NCBI GenBank assembly: GCA_934096985.1
Contig: CAKONC010000004.1
Location: 67,846-131,845 of the forward strand
Reading direction: 5' to 3'
Origin: an uncultured Bacilli bacterium
GTDB taxonomy: Bacteria > Bacillota_I > Bacilli_A > RF39 > UBA660
Length of the DNA stretch: 64,000 bases
Below the pieces are notes generated by a model. It ran no database searches. It was not told the DNA's origin and saw nothing but the letters and a program-made list of their open reading frames with translations. Made by a program: the position numbers and the translations under genes. Positions 49,656 through 59,678 of the stretch are shown one piece after another (the stretch's first letter is position 1; each line of letters opens with the position of its first letter).

Positions 49656-51608
49656 TTAATTCTCCTTTTTTTTATATTCCAAATTGTTATATTCTGGTTC
49701 ACTTCCTTTTAAATAATAAAAAATTGTTATATTCTTATTATCTAAAGAAGGTTTACCGCTTATTGCATTAAGAGGCATTCCAACAACATTTGTAGGCATT
49801 TGATACCATGTGTCTTGTTCATTTTCTTGTATATAGCTAACAACATTTGCCCAAGTATTTTTTACTTCATTTCCAACTTTTAATTCTATATTAGAATTGT
49901 CATCATATCCACTCCACATGAGCATTAAAATATCTTTATTATACCCAACAGCCCAATAATCAGAATCTGTTGTACCAGTTTTAAAAGCATACTTATGCTT
50001 TAATTTGGAAGCAATATTAAGACCTGTAGGTGTATTATAGTCTACAAAAGCAGAGTTTGTTGTACTTGTTAACATTTCATTTAAAATATAAACATAATTA
50101 GGATTTAATACAAGATTATTTTCTTTTTCATGTTCATAAATAACATTCCCATCTTTGTCTTCAATTTTATTAATAAAATATAATGACTTTTTGTAACCAC
50201 CTGATGCAAAAGTATTATAACCAGATGCAAAGTCCATAAGATTAAGTTCACTTGTTCCTAATGCAAGTGATGTAACTTCATTTAATTTTTCTTTTATACC
50301 ACATTGTTTAGCTGTATCGATTAATTTATCAATACCTAAAAATAAATTTGTTTTTACAGCATAAATATTATCTGAATAGGCTATTGCCGCCGCCATGGTT
50401 ATTTCCTTGTTTCCATAAAGATTAGCAAAATTTTTAGGAGAGTACGTTTTTCCTTGAGATAAAGTAAATGTAGTATATTGACTTAAAAATGTTGATGAAG
50501 ATGTCATTCCATTATTTAAAGCAGAATAATATAAAAATGGTTTCATAGTTGAACCAACTTGTCTTTTAGATGATAATGCTCTATTATATTGACTTTTATT
50601 ATAATTAATTCCACCGGTTAGAGCAAAAATACCACCAGTATTTGGATCTACAATAACAGAGGCAACTTGCAACTTCTCATCAGTAATATTATTTAGTATT
50701 TCTTCTTCAAGTTTTTTTTGATAATTTATGTTTAAAGTAGTAAATATTTTAAGATTTCCTGAGTTTATATCTTTTTCACTTATGCCATTAATTGATTTAA
50801 GTTCATTATAAACGGCATCTTCATAATATGATATCATTTGTAAATTATTATTATTTTTTTTGCCATAAACATCAATTTTACTTTTAAATAAATTATTATA
50901 TTCATCATTTGATAAATAACCATTATTTAGCATTGTTAATGCTACAACTTTTGCTCTTTGAATGCTTTTATCATAATTTGATATGGGATTATAATTACTT
51001 GGATTTTTAGGTATTCCTGCTAAAATAATTGATTCTTCTAAAGTTAATTCATCAACATTTTTATTAAAATAAAAATTTGCGGCAGATACAATTCCATAAT
51101 TTCCTAAACCATAATTTATAGTATTTAAATAAGCTTCTAAAATTTCATCTTTGGAATAATGCATTTCTAAATTTAATGTCATCATTGCTTCTTTAATTTT
51201 TCTAGACCAAGTTTTATCAAAATCTAAGTAGGCGTTTTTTATATATTGTTGACTTATTGTACTTCCACCTTCAACAATTTTTCTACTTTTAAAATTTGTA
51301 AAAAATGCTTTAAGAATTCTTAAATAATCGAATCCATTATGTTCATAAAAATTTTTATCTTCTACAGAGATAACAGCATTTTTTAAATTGTTAGAAATTT
51401 TATCTATTTTAGTCCATCTGTTAGTATTAGTTCCTTCGTAAAATATATTATTATTAATGTCGTATAATTCATATGTGTGAAATGAATTTAATGTAAGTGG
51501 ATTTTGAAAATATGCATACGAATATAAACCAATTATTATGATAATTATTGATAGAAATGAAAAAAGAAAAATCTTATAAAGAAAGTTAAAAATTTTCAAT
51601 AATTTCAC
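49656..51608 (-). CDS. Bifunctional class A penicillin-binding protein (glycosyltransferase + transpeptidase)
   Basis: N-terminal TM segment; ...ISVEDKNFYEHNGFD...GGSTISQQ... (GT51) and ...RQVGSTMKP... (SxxK), ...KTGTT... motifs. Confidence 0.85.
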   Translation of the reverse strand: MKLLKIFNFLYKIFLFSFLSIIIIIIGLYSYAYFQNPLTLNSFHTYELYDINNNIFYEGTNTNRWTKIDKISNNLKNAVISVEDKNFYEHNGFDYLRILKAFFTNFKSRKIVEGGSTISQQYIKNAYLDFDKTWSRKIKEAMMTLNLEMHYSKDEILEAYLNTINYGLGNYGIVSAANFYFNKNVDELTLEESIILAGIPKNPSNYNPISNYDKSIQRAKVVALTMLNNGYLSNDEYNNLFKSKIDVYGKKNNNNLQMISYYEDAVYNELKSINGISEKDINSGNLKIFTTLNINYQKKLEEEILNNITDEKLQVASVIVDPNTGGIFALTGGINYNKSQYNRALSSKRQVGSTMKPFLYYSALNNGMTSSSTFLSQYTTFTLSQGKTYSPKNFANLYGNKEITMAAAIAYSDNIYAVKTNLFLGIDKLIDTAKQCGIKEKLNEVTSLALGTSELNLMDFASGYNTFASGGYKKSLYFINKIEDKDGNVIYEHEKENNLVLNPNYVYILNEMLTSTTNSAFVDYNTPTGLNIASKLKHKYAFKTGTTDSDYWAVGYNKDILMLMWSGYDDNSNIELKVGNEVKNTWANVVSYIQENEQDTWYQMPTNVVGMPLNAISGKPSLDNKNITIFYYLKGSEPEYNNLEYKKKEN

Positions 51609-51707
51609 CCATATTTAGTATTGTTAAAAATATTTAATTTATGAGTGCATTTTTAATATATATATGCTATAATGTTCTAGAAAAAAAGGAGAGAAGCAGT
51701 TAAAAGC

Positions 51708-53324
51708 GTGAAAATGAAAGAAAAAATAATTAACTTAATAAAAAAATCATTAGAAGTTTTAGGTATAAATGATGATAATATTAATTTAGAAATTCCTAAA
51801 AATAAAATTAATGGTGATTATAGTTCAAATGTTGCTTTAAAAAATTGTAAAGTATTAAAAATTGCTCCAATGGAACTTGCTGAAAAAATCAAAAATAATA
51901 TTTTTGATGATGAAATAGAAAAAATAGATATTGCAGCACCAGGATTTATTAATTTTTATGTAAAAAAGGATTATTTAACTGAAAATATTAATACAATTTT
52001 GGAGCTTACTTCTTTATACGGATCTTGCAATATAGGTAAAAACGAAAAAGTAAATATTGAATTTGTCTCTGCTAATCCAACTGGTATTTTACATATGGGT
52101 AATGCCAGAGGTGGAGCATATGGTGATTCTTTAGCAAGAATTATGAAATTTTGTGGGTACGATGTTACCAAAGAATACTATTTAAATGATGCCGGTAACC
52201 AAATAACTAAACTTGCAAATTCAGTTTATAGTAGATATTTAACAATATGCAAAATAGAAAATACTTTTCCTGAAAATGGTTATCCAGGTAAAGAAATAAT
52301 TGATATTGCACAAAAACTATATGATGAATATCAAGATAAATATGTAAACTCTGATTTATCTTTTATTAAAAAATATGCTACAAAATATTTAACAGATATT
52401 ATTTTTACTCATTTAAAAGAATATAGAATTGAATATGATGTAGTTACATCAGAAAAATCAATATATGAAAAATATTCTTTTGATGATGCAATAAATAAAA
52501 TGAGAGAAAATGGTTATATATATGAAAAAGACGGAGCAACTTGGTTTAAAAGTAGTGCTCTTTATGATGATAAAGACCATGTTTTAATAAAAAATGATGG
52601 AACAAATACTTATTTATTGCCTGATATTTTATATCATGAGGATAAGATAAAAAGGGGCTTTACTCAAATTATAGATGTTTTAGGTACTGATCATCATGGA
52701 TATGTTGCAAGATTAAAAAGTGCGATAAAAGCATTAGGTTTAAATGATGAGTACATTGATGTAAAATTACTTCAATTAGTAAGAATTATTCAAAATAAAG
52801 AAGTTGTTACTATGCATAAAAGAACTGGTAAAATTATTACATTAAAAGATTTAATGGATGATACATCAGTTAATGCAGTAAGATATTATTTTTCAAAGTA
52901 TTCACTTGATACACAAATGGACTTTGATATTGACCTTGCAAGAAGTGCTTCAAATGATAATCAAGTTTATTATATATGCTATGCATATGCTAGAATTTGC
53001 TCAATATTAAATAAATATAATAAGCCATTAAAGAAAATATCAAATTATAGTAGAATTTGTAATGAATCAGCATATAATTTGTTAGCATGTTTATATAGAT
53101 TTCCAGATGTTGTAAAAAATGCATGCAATAAAAAAATACCACATTTAATTGCAAATTATTCGTATGAATTAGCAACTTTATTCCATAATTATTATGAAAC
53201 TAATAAAATAATTAGTGATGATGAACAAAATACGGAAGAAAATATTAATTTAATAAGTGCGGTTAAATATACACTTTATAATGCTTTGAATTTAATTGGC
53301 GTTGAACCTAAGGAGAGAATGTAA
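51708..53324 (+). CDS. argS: Arginyl-tRNA synthetase (start GTG 51708 or ATG 51714)
   Basis: ...EFVSANPTGILHMGNARGGAYGD... and C-terminal anticodon-binding domain pattern; about 537 aa. Confidence 0.9.
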   Translation: MKMKEKIINLIKKSLEVLGINDDNINLEIPKNKINGDYSSNVALKNCKVLKIAPMELAEKIKNNIFDDEIEKIDIAAPGFINFYVKKDYLTENINTILELTSLYGSCNIGKNEKVNIEFVSANPTGILHMGNARGGAYGDSLARIMKFCGYDVTKEYYLNDAGNQITKLANSVYSRYLTICKIENTFPENGYPGKEIIDIAQKLYDEYQDKYVNSDLSFIKKYATKYLTDIIFTHLKEYRIEYDVVTSEKSIYEKYSFDDAINKMRENGYIYEKDGATWFKSSALYDDKDHVLIKNDGTNTYLLPDILYHEDKIKRGFTQIIDVLGTDHHGYVARLKSAIKALGLNDEYIDVKLLQLVRIIQNKEVVTMHKRTGKIITLKDLMDDTSVNAVRYYFSKYSLDTQMDFDIDLARSASNDNQVYYICYAYARICSILNKYNKPLKKISNYSRICNESAYNLLACLYRFPDVVKNACNKKIPHLIANYSYELATLFHNYYETNKIISDDEQNTEENINLISAVKYTLYNALNLIGVEPKERM

Positions 53325-53325
53325 A

Positions 53326-53763
53326 ATGAAACTAAAAGATTTAACAAAAGAAGATTTAGATACTATGAGTTATGAAGAGTTAGCTCAATTAATATTATCT
53401 GATGCTAATGCACAAATGAAGATTATTGATATATTTAAAAAAATATGTGAACTAAGAAATATGTCAGAAAGTGAATTTGAAGATAAAATTGCAGATTTCT
53501 ATGATTTAATTTCTACGAATAAAGAATTTATAGTCTTAGAAAAAGGATTTTGTGATTTAAGAAAGAAACATACACCAAAAGTAATAATTGATGATGAAGA
53601 TGAAGATACAAGCATTGAAGAAGAGTCTGATGAAGAAGAAAATGAAGAAGATAACAATGATGTTTTTTATGATAATTCTTCGGATGAAGATGATGTTGAT
53701 ACAGATGATGATGAACTATCAGATTTTATGGTAGTTGATGATGAAGATGAGACAAGTATGTAA
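53326..53763 (+). CDS. rpoE: DNA-directed RNA polymerase delta subunit
   Basis: MKLKDLTKEDLDTMSYEELAQLIL... N-domain followed by a long Asp/Glu tail. GGAGAG precedes the trimmed start. Confidence 0.8.
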   Translation: MKLKDLTKEDLDTMSYEELAQLILSDANAQMKIIDIFKKICELRNMSESEFEDKIADFYDLISTNKEFIVLEKGFCDLRKKHTPKVIIDDEDEDTSIEEESDEEENEEDNNDVFYDNSSDEDDVDTDDDELSDFMVVDDEDETSM

Positions 53764-53798
53764 TGCTTGTTTTTTGCAATTAAAAAGGAAGTGAATAT

Positions 53799-54857
53799 AT
53801 GATAGAACGTTTAGAGGCAATGTTAGAAAAATATAATGAATTAAATGAGAAACTAACTAGTGAGGAAGTATTAAATAATTATAATTTATTAAAAGATATT
53901 TCTAAAGAAAAAAGTGATATTGAAGAAACTGTAAATACTTATAAAGAATATAAAGAAGTAGAAGAAAATATAAACCAAACAAAGGAAATGCTTGATGATC
54001 CAGATTTAAAAGAAATTGCTCAAGATGAACTTGCTTTGCTTGAAGATAAAAAAGATAATTTGAATAATAAACTTGAAGTGCTTCTTGTGCCTAAAGATGA
54101 AAATGATGGAAAAGATGTAATTATGGAAATAAGGGGTGCTGCTGGCGGAGATGAAGCCAATATTTTTGCAGGTGACCTATTTAGAATGTATTCTTATTAT
54201 GCAGAAAAAAATAATTGGAAAATTGAAATTATTCATTCAGTAGAGGGTACAAGTGGAGGCTTTTCTCAAATAGAATATATTGTAAAAGGAAAAGATGTTT
54301 ATTCTAAATTAAAGTATGAAAGTGGATCCCATAGAGTACAAAGAGTCCCTGAAACAGAAAATCAAGGAAGAGTACATACTTCTACTGCTACTGTATTAGT
54401 AATGCCTAAATATGATAATGTTAGTATAAATATAAATGAAAACGATTTGAAAATTGATGTTTATCATTCATCTGGAGCTGGTGGACAAAGTGTAAATACA
54501 AGTAACTCTGCAGTAAGAATTACTCACGTTCCAACTGGTGTTGTAGTAACCTGCCAAGAAGAAAGAAGTCAATTAAAAAATAAAGAAAGAGCTATGGAAC
54601 TTTTAAAGATTAAGATAAATTCTGCTTTGGAAGAAGAAAAGAATAGTAAAGAACAAAACGAAAGAAAAAGTAAAATAGGCTCTGGTGACAGAAGTGAAAA
54701 AATAAGAACATATAATTATCCACAAAATAGAGTTACTGACCATCGTATAAATTTCTCAATAATGGAGCTTGATAGAGTAATGAATGGTTATTTAGATCCA
54801 ATTATTGACGCTTTAATAAATGAAGACATGAGGTTAAAACTTGAAGGTTTAAAATAA
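53799..54857 (+). CDS. prfA: Peptide chain release factor 1
   Basis: ...RVQRVPETENQGRVHTS... (PxT motif) and ...SSGAGGQSVNT... (GGQ). Confidence 0.95.
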   Translation: MIERLEAMLEKYNELNEKLTSEEVLNNYNLLKDISKEKSDIEETVNTYKEYKEVEENINQTKEMLDDPDLKEIAQDELALLEDKKDNLNNKLEVLLVPKDENDGKDVIMEIRGAAGGDEANIFAGDLFRMYSYYAEKNNWKIEIIHSVEGTSGGFSQIEYIVKGKDVYSKLKYESGSHRVQRVPETENQGRVHTSTATVLVMPKYDNVSININENDLKIDVYHSSGAGGQSVNTSNSAVRITHVPTGVVVTCQEERSQLKNKERAMELLKIKINSALEEEKNSKEQNERKSKIGSGDRSEKIRTYNYPQNRVTDHRINFSIMELDRVMNGYLDPIIDALINEDMRLKLEGLK

Positions 54858-54858
54858 A

Positions 54859-55578
54859 ATGGATAATTTTGATAAAGAATTAATATTAAAATATGTTCCT
54901 GAAAATAAACAGGCAAAAGCATTTAAAAAATTAAGTAATAATTATCCGGTTCAATATATAATAGGTAATGTAGATTTTTATGGAATCACATTAAAAGTAA
55001 ATAAAAACGTTTTAATTCCTAGGTTTGAAACAGAGTTATTAGTTAACAAATTAGTGGAAATAATTAAAAAAAATAATTTTGTGAATACTAATATTTTAGA
55101 TGTAGGTACTGGCAGTGGGTGTATAAGTATTTACTTAAAAAAAAATTTAAAATGTAAAGTTACCGCTATTGACAAAAGTTTTAAGGCAATAAACATTGCT
55201 AAATATAATTCAAAAAAAACTAACGTTACTATTAATTTCAAAATAAAAAGTATTGAAAAATTTAAAGCTAAGGAAAAATTTGATATTTTAGTTTCAAATC
55301 CACCTTATGTATCTTTTAGTGAAAAAGTGGATGATAAAACTAAGTATGAACCACAAAATGCTATTTTTGCTAAAGATAATGGTCTTTATTTTTATAAATT
55401 AATATTGGATAAAAGTAAAAAAATATTAAATAAAAAAAGTATTATTGCTTTTGAAATAGGACAAAGTCAAGGCACTTTTATATCAAACTATGCAAAAACC
55501 ATTTATCCAGATTCGAAAATTTTAATAGAAAAAGATTTAAACCAATTTGATAGATATATTTTTATTATAAATGAATAA
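54859..55578 (+). CDS. prmC: Release factor glutamine N5-methyltransferase (short N-domain)
   Basis: ...ILDVGTGSGCISI... and ...LVSNPPYV... motifs. Directly after prfA. Confidence 0.8.
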   Translation: MDNFDKELILKYVPENKQAKAFKKLSNNYPVQYIIGNVDFYGITLKVNKNVLIPRFETELLVNKLVEIIKKNNFVNTNILDVGTGSGCISIYLKKNLKCKVTAIDKSFKAINIAKYNSKKTNVTINFKIKSIEKFKAKEKFDILVSNPPYVSFSEKVDDKTKYEPQNAIFAKDNGLYFYKLILDKSKKILNKKSIIAFEIGQSQGTFISNYAKTIYPDSKILIEKDLNQFDRYIFIINE

Positions 55579-55616
55579 TATATCTATTTTTTTTGCATTA
55601 TTATAGTGGTGAACAA

Positions 55617-56126
55617 ATGAAAAAAATTATAATAGTATTAGGTATTATTATGATGTTTGTATTATTTAGTCAAAAAAAAGACAATATAGTTATTCCAAAT
55701 GATGCAATTAGATACAGAATTATTGCAAATAGTGATTCTGACATTGATCAAAAAATTAAATGGGAAGCTAATAAAGAAGTTTTACCGATTATTGTAGATG
55801 TAATGACTAATTCTAAAACAAAAGATGAAAGTAAAGAAAATATATTAAATATTATTGATAAAATAGATCAAAGATTAAACCAATTTGATATTGATTATAA
55901 TGTAAATTATGGTTATAATTACTTTCCTTCGAAAACGTATTCAAATGTGAGCTATAAAGATGGGTATTATGAGTCTTTAGTTATAACTTTGGGAAATGGG
56001 TTAGGTAATAATTGGTGGTGTGTTTTATTTCCACCATTATGCTTACTTGATGCCACAGAAACAGAACTTGATAATGTGGAATATGATTTATATGTAAGAA
56101 AAATTCTTAATAAGTATCATAATTAA
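55617..56126 (+). CDS. spoIIR: Stage II sporulation protein R
   Basis: Signal/TM segment, ...IRYRIIANSDSDIDQKIKWEANKEV... and ...NNWWCVLFPPLCL... are SpoIIR hallmarks. Confidence 0.8.
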   Translation: MKKIIIVLGIIMMFVLFSQKKDNIVIPNDAIRYRIIANSDSDIDQKIKWEANKEVLPIIVDVMTNSKTKDESKENILNIIDKIDQRLNQFDIDYNVNYGYNYFPSKTYSNVSYKDGYYESLVITLGNGLGNNWWCVLFPPLCLLDATETELDNVEYDLYVRKILNKYHN

Positions 56127-56150
56127 AATATTAAATTTATATAATATAGC

Positions 56151-56681
56151 ATGAATATAGTCATGCTTTTATTAATTGGATTGTCGTTATCAATGGATTC
56201 ATTTTCTCTTTCTTTATCAGTTGGAACAATGAATTATTCATTTAAAAATCATTTGTTATTATCAGTATGTGTGGGCATTTTTCATTTTATTATGCCAATG
56301 CTTGGAACAATATTAGGCAATTCTATTTCCAAAAATTTTAGTATAGACTCTGATAAATTACTATTTTTTTTATTTCTTTTTATTTTTATAGAAATGGTTT
56401 TGGATTTATTTAATAAATCAGAAAAAAAAGTAAATTTATCATTAGCAAATATGCTTTTATTTGCTTTTTCAGTTAGCTTAGATAGTTTTACAATAGGAAT
56501 CGGTCTTAATAATATTACTACGTTGCCTATATTAGGATATTTTATTTTTATGATATGTGCTTTTACATTTACTATAGTGGGATTAACAATTGGAAAGAAA
56601 TCTTATAATAAATATGGCTTAATTGCAAAAATTATCGGATTAATAATTATTTTATGTTTAGCAATATCTCAAATATTGTAA
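56151..56681 (+). CDS. mntP: MntP/YwlD-family (DUF204) membrane protein, putative Mn efflux pump
   Basis: Six-TM protein; the repeated motifs LSLSMDSFSLSLSVG and FSVSLDSFTIGIGL are typical of the family. Confidence 0.7.
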   Translation: MNIVMLLLIGLSLSMDSFSLSLSVGTMNYSFKNHLLLSVCVGIFHFIMPMLGTILGNSISKNFSIDSDKLLFFLFLFIFIEMVLDLFNKSEKKVNLSLANMLLFAFSVSLDSFTIGIGLNNITTLPILGYFIFMICAFTFTIVGLTIGKKSYNKYGLIAKIIGLIIILCLAISQIL

Positions 56682-56820
56682 ATAAAATGCATATTGTTTG
56701 ACTATGTTATAAAAATGGTTTATGATAAATTTAATAAGAGTTTTTTCATAATAGCTCTGTATTTAGCATAGAACTTAATGAAAGCATTTATATTTTTATA
56801 GATGAATGTGGTGATAATAA

Positions 56821-58089
56821 ATGAAACAAATAATTATAAATGGTGGCAATACCTTAAGTGGAGATATAACCATAGGTGGTGCTAAAAATAGTGCAGTAGC
56901 ATTAATCCCTGCATCTTTACTTGCTAGCGGTAAATGTAAAATAAATAAAGTACCAAATATATCTGATAAGGATGCTCTTTTTAATATTTTAGATGAATTA
57001 AATGTTAGTTATAAATTTGACGATACATCAGTAATTATAGATTCAAATAATTTATGTAATAAAGTTATTTCTGAAGAACTTTCAAGTAAACTTAGAGCAT
57101 CATACTACTTCATGGGGATTTTACTTGGAAAGTATAAACATGTTGAGATGTATTTCCCAGGTGGATGCAATATTGGTACTAGACCAATAGATCTTCATTT
57201 AAAAGGTTTTGAGGCATTAGGTGCTAAAGTTACTCATGATGAAGATTCACATAAATATATTTTAGATGCAAAAGAACTAATAGGAACAAGAATATATTTA
57301 GATTTTGCTTCAGTTGGAGCTACAATAAATATTATGTTTGCTGCTACTTTGGCCACTGGTACAACAATTTTGGAAAATGCTGCTAAAGAAATAGAGATTA
57401 TAAACATTGCAGAATTTTTAAATAATATGGGAGCAGATATTTCGGGAGCTGGCACATCTACAATAACAATTAATGGTGTAAAATCATTACATGCTGCAGA
57501 AATTGATGTTATACCTGACAGAATTGAAGCAGGAACATATTTAATGATTGGCGCTATGGTAGGTAAAAATTTAACTGTTTGTGGTGTAATACCTGAGCAA
57601 ATTAAAGCTTTATTAGATAAATTTGATGATATGGGAATAAGCTATGATGTAAAAGAAAATAGCGTAACTATTTCTAAGTGTAATAATATTAAACCAATTA
57701 ACATAAAAACTTTAGTATATCCTGGATTTCCAACAGATTTAGGTCAACCAATGTCAGTATTATTAACTCAAGCAAACGGGGTTTCTTATTTCGAGGAAAC
57801 TATATGGGAAAATAGAATGCAACATGTAAAATACCTAAATATGATGGGTGCTAATATAAAACTTAATGATAATACACATGCTATAATAACAGGACCAACT
57901 GAGTTAAAAGGATGTCATATAAATGCTACAGATTTAAGAGGGGGAGCTGCACTAGTTATGGCTGGTCTTGTTAGTAATGGGATAACAACTATTTCTAACA
58001 TAGAATATATTTTAAGGGGCTATGAAAATTTGGTAAAAAAACTTACTAAAGTAGGTGCAGATATAAAAATTATTGATGAGGAAAATTAA
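56821..58089 (+). CDS. murA: UDP-N-acetylglucosamine 1-carboxyvinyltransferase
   Basis: MKQIIINGGNTLSGDITIGGAKNSAVALIPA...PGGCNIGTRPIDLH... (active-site Cys present). Confidence 0.95.
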   Translation: MKQIIINGGNTLSGDITIGGAKNSAVALIPASLLASGKCKINKVPNISDKDALFNILDELNVSYKFDDTSVIIDSNNLCNKVISEELSSKLRASYYFMGILLGKYKHVEMYFPGGCNIGTRPIDLHLKGFEALGAKVTHDEDSHKYILDAKELIGTRIYLDFASVGATINIMFAATLATGTTILENAAKEIEIINIAEFLNNMGADISGAGTSTITINGVKSLHAAEIDVIPDRIEAGTYLMIGAMVGKNLTVCGVIPEQIKALLDKFDDMGISYDVKENSVTISKCNNIKPINIKTLVYPGFPTDLGQPMSVLLTQANGVSYFEETIWENRMQHVKYLNMMGANIKLNDNTHAIITGPTELKGCHINATDLRGGAALVMAGLVSNGITTISNIEYILRGYENLVKKLTKVGADIKIIDEEN

Positions 58090-58711
58090 AAGAAGATATA
58101 AATTATTAATAATAATTATTCTTTCTGGATTATTAGTTATTATTAGTTATAAATTTTTTAATAAAAAAAATAGCTATTTAGTATCTATCGGAGACTATCT
58201 ATCTATGGGTAAAATTTTAGACAAAGAATTTAAAAATTATGATGATTATATTTTAGATAGTTCTTTTAATTTAAAATTATTTAGTAAAAACAATAGTTAT
58301 TATACAAGTGAGAAATTACTATATGATTTACATAACAATGAAAGTAAAGTTGACTATTTTATAAAAAATGCAAATTTTGTATTAATAAATATAGGAAATT
58401 ACGAATTAAATAACTATAAAGAGTTAAACAATGAAATAATAACAGATTATTTGAACAATATATATTCGGTAATTACACATATAAAGAAAATAAATAAAAA
58501 ATGTAATATAGTTATTTTCAATATCTATGATAAAGATAAAAAATTCAGTTATGTTAATAACAAATTAAAAAAATATTCTGAATTATTTGAGGCAAAGTAT
58601 ATAGATTTAAACTCTTTCTCGGAGGAAGAATATTATTATTTAAACAATAAATTTTATTTAAATAGTAAATCTTCGTACAAAATTAGTAAAATGATATTAA
58701 AAAATGATTGA
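58073..58711 (+). CDS. Hypothetical membrane-anchored protein (faint SGNH/GDSL-like pattern lacking the catalytic Ser)
   Basis: N-terminal TM segment; SIGDYLSMG where GDS(L) would be, and INIGNYE where GxND would be. No confident family assignment. Confidence 0.4.
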   Translation: MMRKIKRRYKLLIIIILSGLLVIISYKFFNKKNSYLVSIGDYLSMGKILDKEFKNYDDYILDSSFNLKLFSKNNSYYTSEKLLYDLHNNESKVDYFIKNANFVLINIGNYELNNYKELNNEIITDYLNNIYSVITHIKKINKKCNIVIFNIYDKDKKFSYVNNKLKKYSELFEAKYIDLNSFSEEEYYYLNNKFYLNSKSSYKISKMILKND

Positions 58712-58775
58712 TAAGTTTGTTTTTTGTGATATAATACTAAAGAAATTATGTTTAGAAAAAAGGAAGGGAAAAATT

Positions 58776-58991
58776 ATGAAAGCAAATATACATCCTGAAA
58801 TGAAAGAAGCAACTGTAAAATGTGCATGTGGTGAAACTTTCAACGTTTTATCAACAAAAGATAATATTAGTGTTGAAGTATGTAGCAAATGCCATCCATA
58901 TTATACAGGAACTCAAGCTAGAGCAAAGAAAACAGGAAATGTTGAAAAATTTAATCGTAAATATGGTATAAAAGATCAAAAAGCTGAATAG
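58776..58991 (+). CDS. rpmE: 50S ribosomal protein L31 (Zn-binding type A)
   Basis: MKANIHPEMKEATVKCACGETFNVLSTKDNISVEVCSKCHPYYTG. Start trimmed to the ATG after AGGAAGGGAA. Confidence 0.9.
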   Translation: MKANIHPEMKEATVKCACGETFNVLSTKDNISVEVCSKCHPYYTGTQARAKKTGNVEKFNRKYGIKDQKAE

Positions 58992-59036
58992 TTTTTTGTT
59001 TTTTTATGCTATAATGATAAAGGTGATATATAATTA

Positions 59037-59492
59037 ATGAAAATTTTTATTGGAACAGATCATAGAGGGGTTGAAGTTCAAAATCAAATTGCTAATTATT
59101 TAAATGAATTAGGTGTTGAGGTAAGTATTTCAAGTATTAAACATACTGATGCAGATGATTATCCTGATTTTGCATTTGATGTATGTAAAAGCGTATTAGA
59201 AAATAAAGATTCATTAGGAATTTTAATATGTGGTACTGGTATTGGTATGAGCATTGCTGCAAATAAAGTAAAAGGAATAAGAGCCGCAAGGTGTATTAAT
59301 ACAGATGATGCATATTTTGCAAGGTGTCATAATGATGCTAACATACTATGCATAAGTAGTAATAACTCTATTTCAGAACTTTATCAAATTGTTGATTCAT
59401 TTTTAAATACTCAAGGAGCTACTGAGGAACGCCATTTGAAAAGAATAGAAAAAATCATAAAATATGAAAATGGTGAATATAATGAATTATAA
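59037..59492 (+). CDS. rpiB: Ribose-5-phosphate isomerase B
   Basis: MKIFIGTDHRGVEVQNQI...GILICGTGIGMSIAANKVKGIRAA... are RpiB/LacAB motifs. Confidence 0.9.
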   Translation: MKIFIGTDHRGVEVQNQIANYLNELGVEVSISSIKHTDADDYPDFAFDVCKSVLENKDSLGILICGTGIGMSIAANKVKGIRAARCINTDDAYFARCHNDANILCISSNNSISELYQIVDSFLNTQGATEERHLKRIEKIIKYENGEYNEL

Positions 59493-59670
59493 AGCATTTA
59501 TTTATATAATTATGTTGTTTGCTACAGTTTATTCGATAAGTGGAATAAATTTTACTGGTTTTTTTAAAGTTAAACATGAACTTGAGGCAAAACTATTCGT
59601 TATGATTTTATCTCTAGGAATTAGTTATATTGCTACAAGATTTATAATAGAATTTATTGAACTTTTTTAA
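59482..59670 (+). CDS. Small two-TM membrane protein (possibly DUF1146/YwzB-like)
   Basis: 62 aa, hydrophobic, GGTGA upstream. The position resembles ywzB in B. subtilis. The family call is tentative. Confidence 0.4.
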   Translation: MNYKAFIYIIMLFATVYSISGINFTGFFKVKHELEAKLFVMILSLGISYIATRFIIEFIELF

Positions 59671-59678
59671 GGAGAAAG

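Noticed and set aside
51609-51707. T-box leader upstream of argS.
   Set aside because: The gap is only about 100 nt, shared with the divergent PBP promoter, and it contains no GGTGGTACCGCG-like sequence.
53580-53760. GAT/GAA-rich repetitive stretch considered as a tandem DNA repeat.
   Set aside because: It is the in-frame Asp/Glu-rich C-terminal tail characteristic of the RNA polymerase delta subunit.
56127-56150. yybP-ykoY Mn riboswitch expected upstream of mntP.
   Set aside because: Only 24 nt separate spoIIR and mntP, which leaves no room for a riboswitch.
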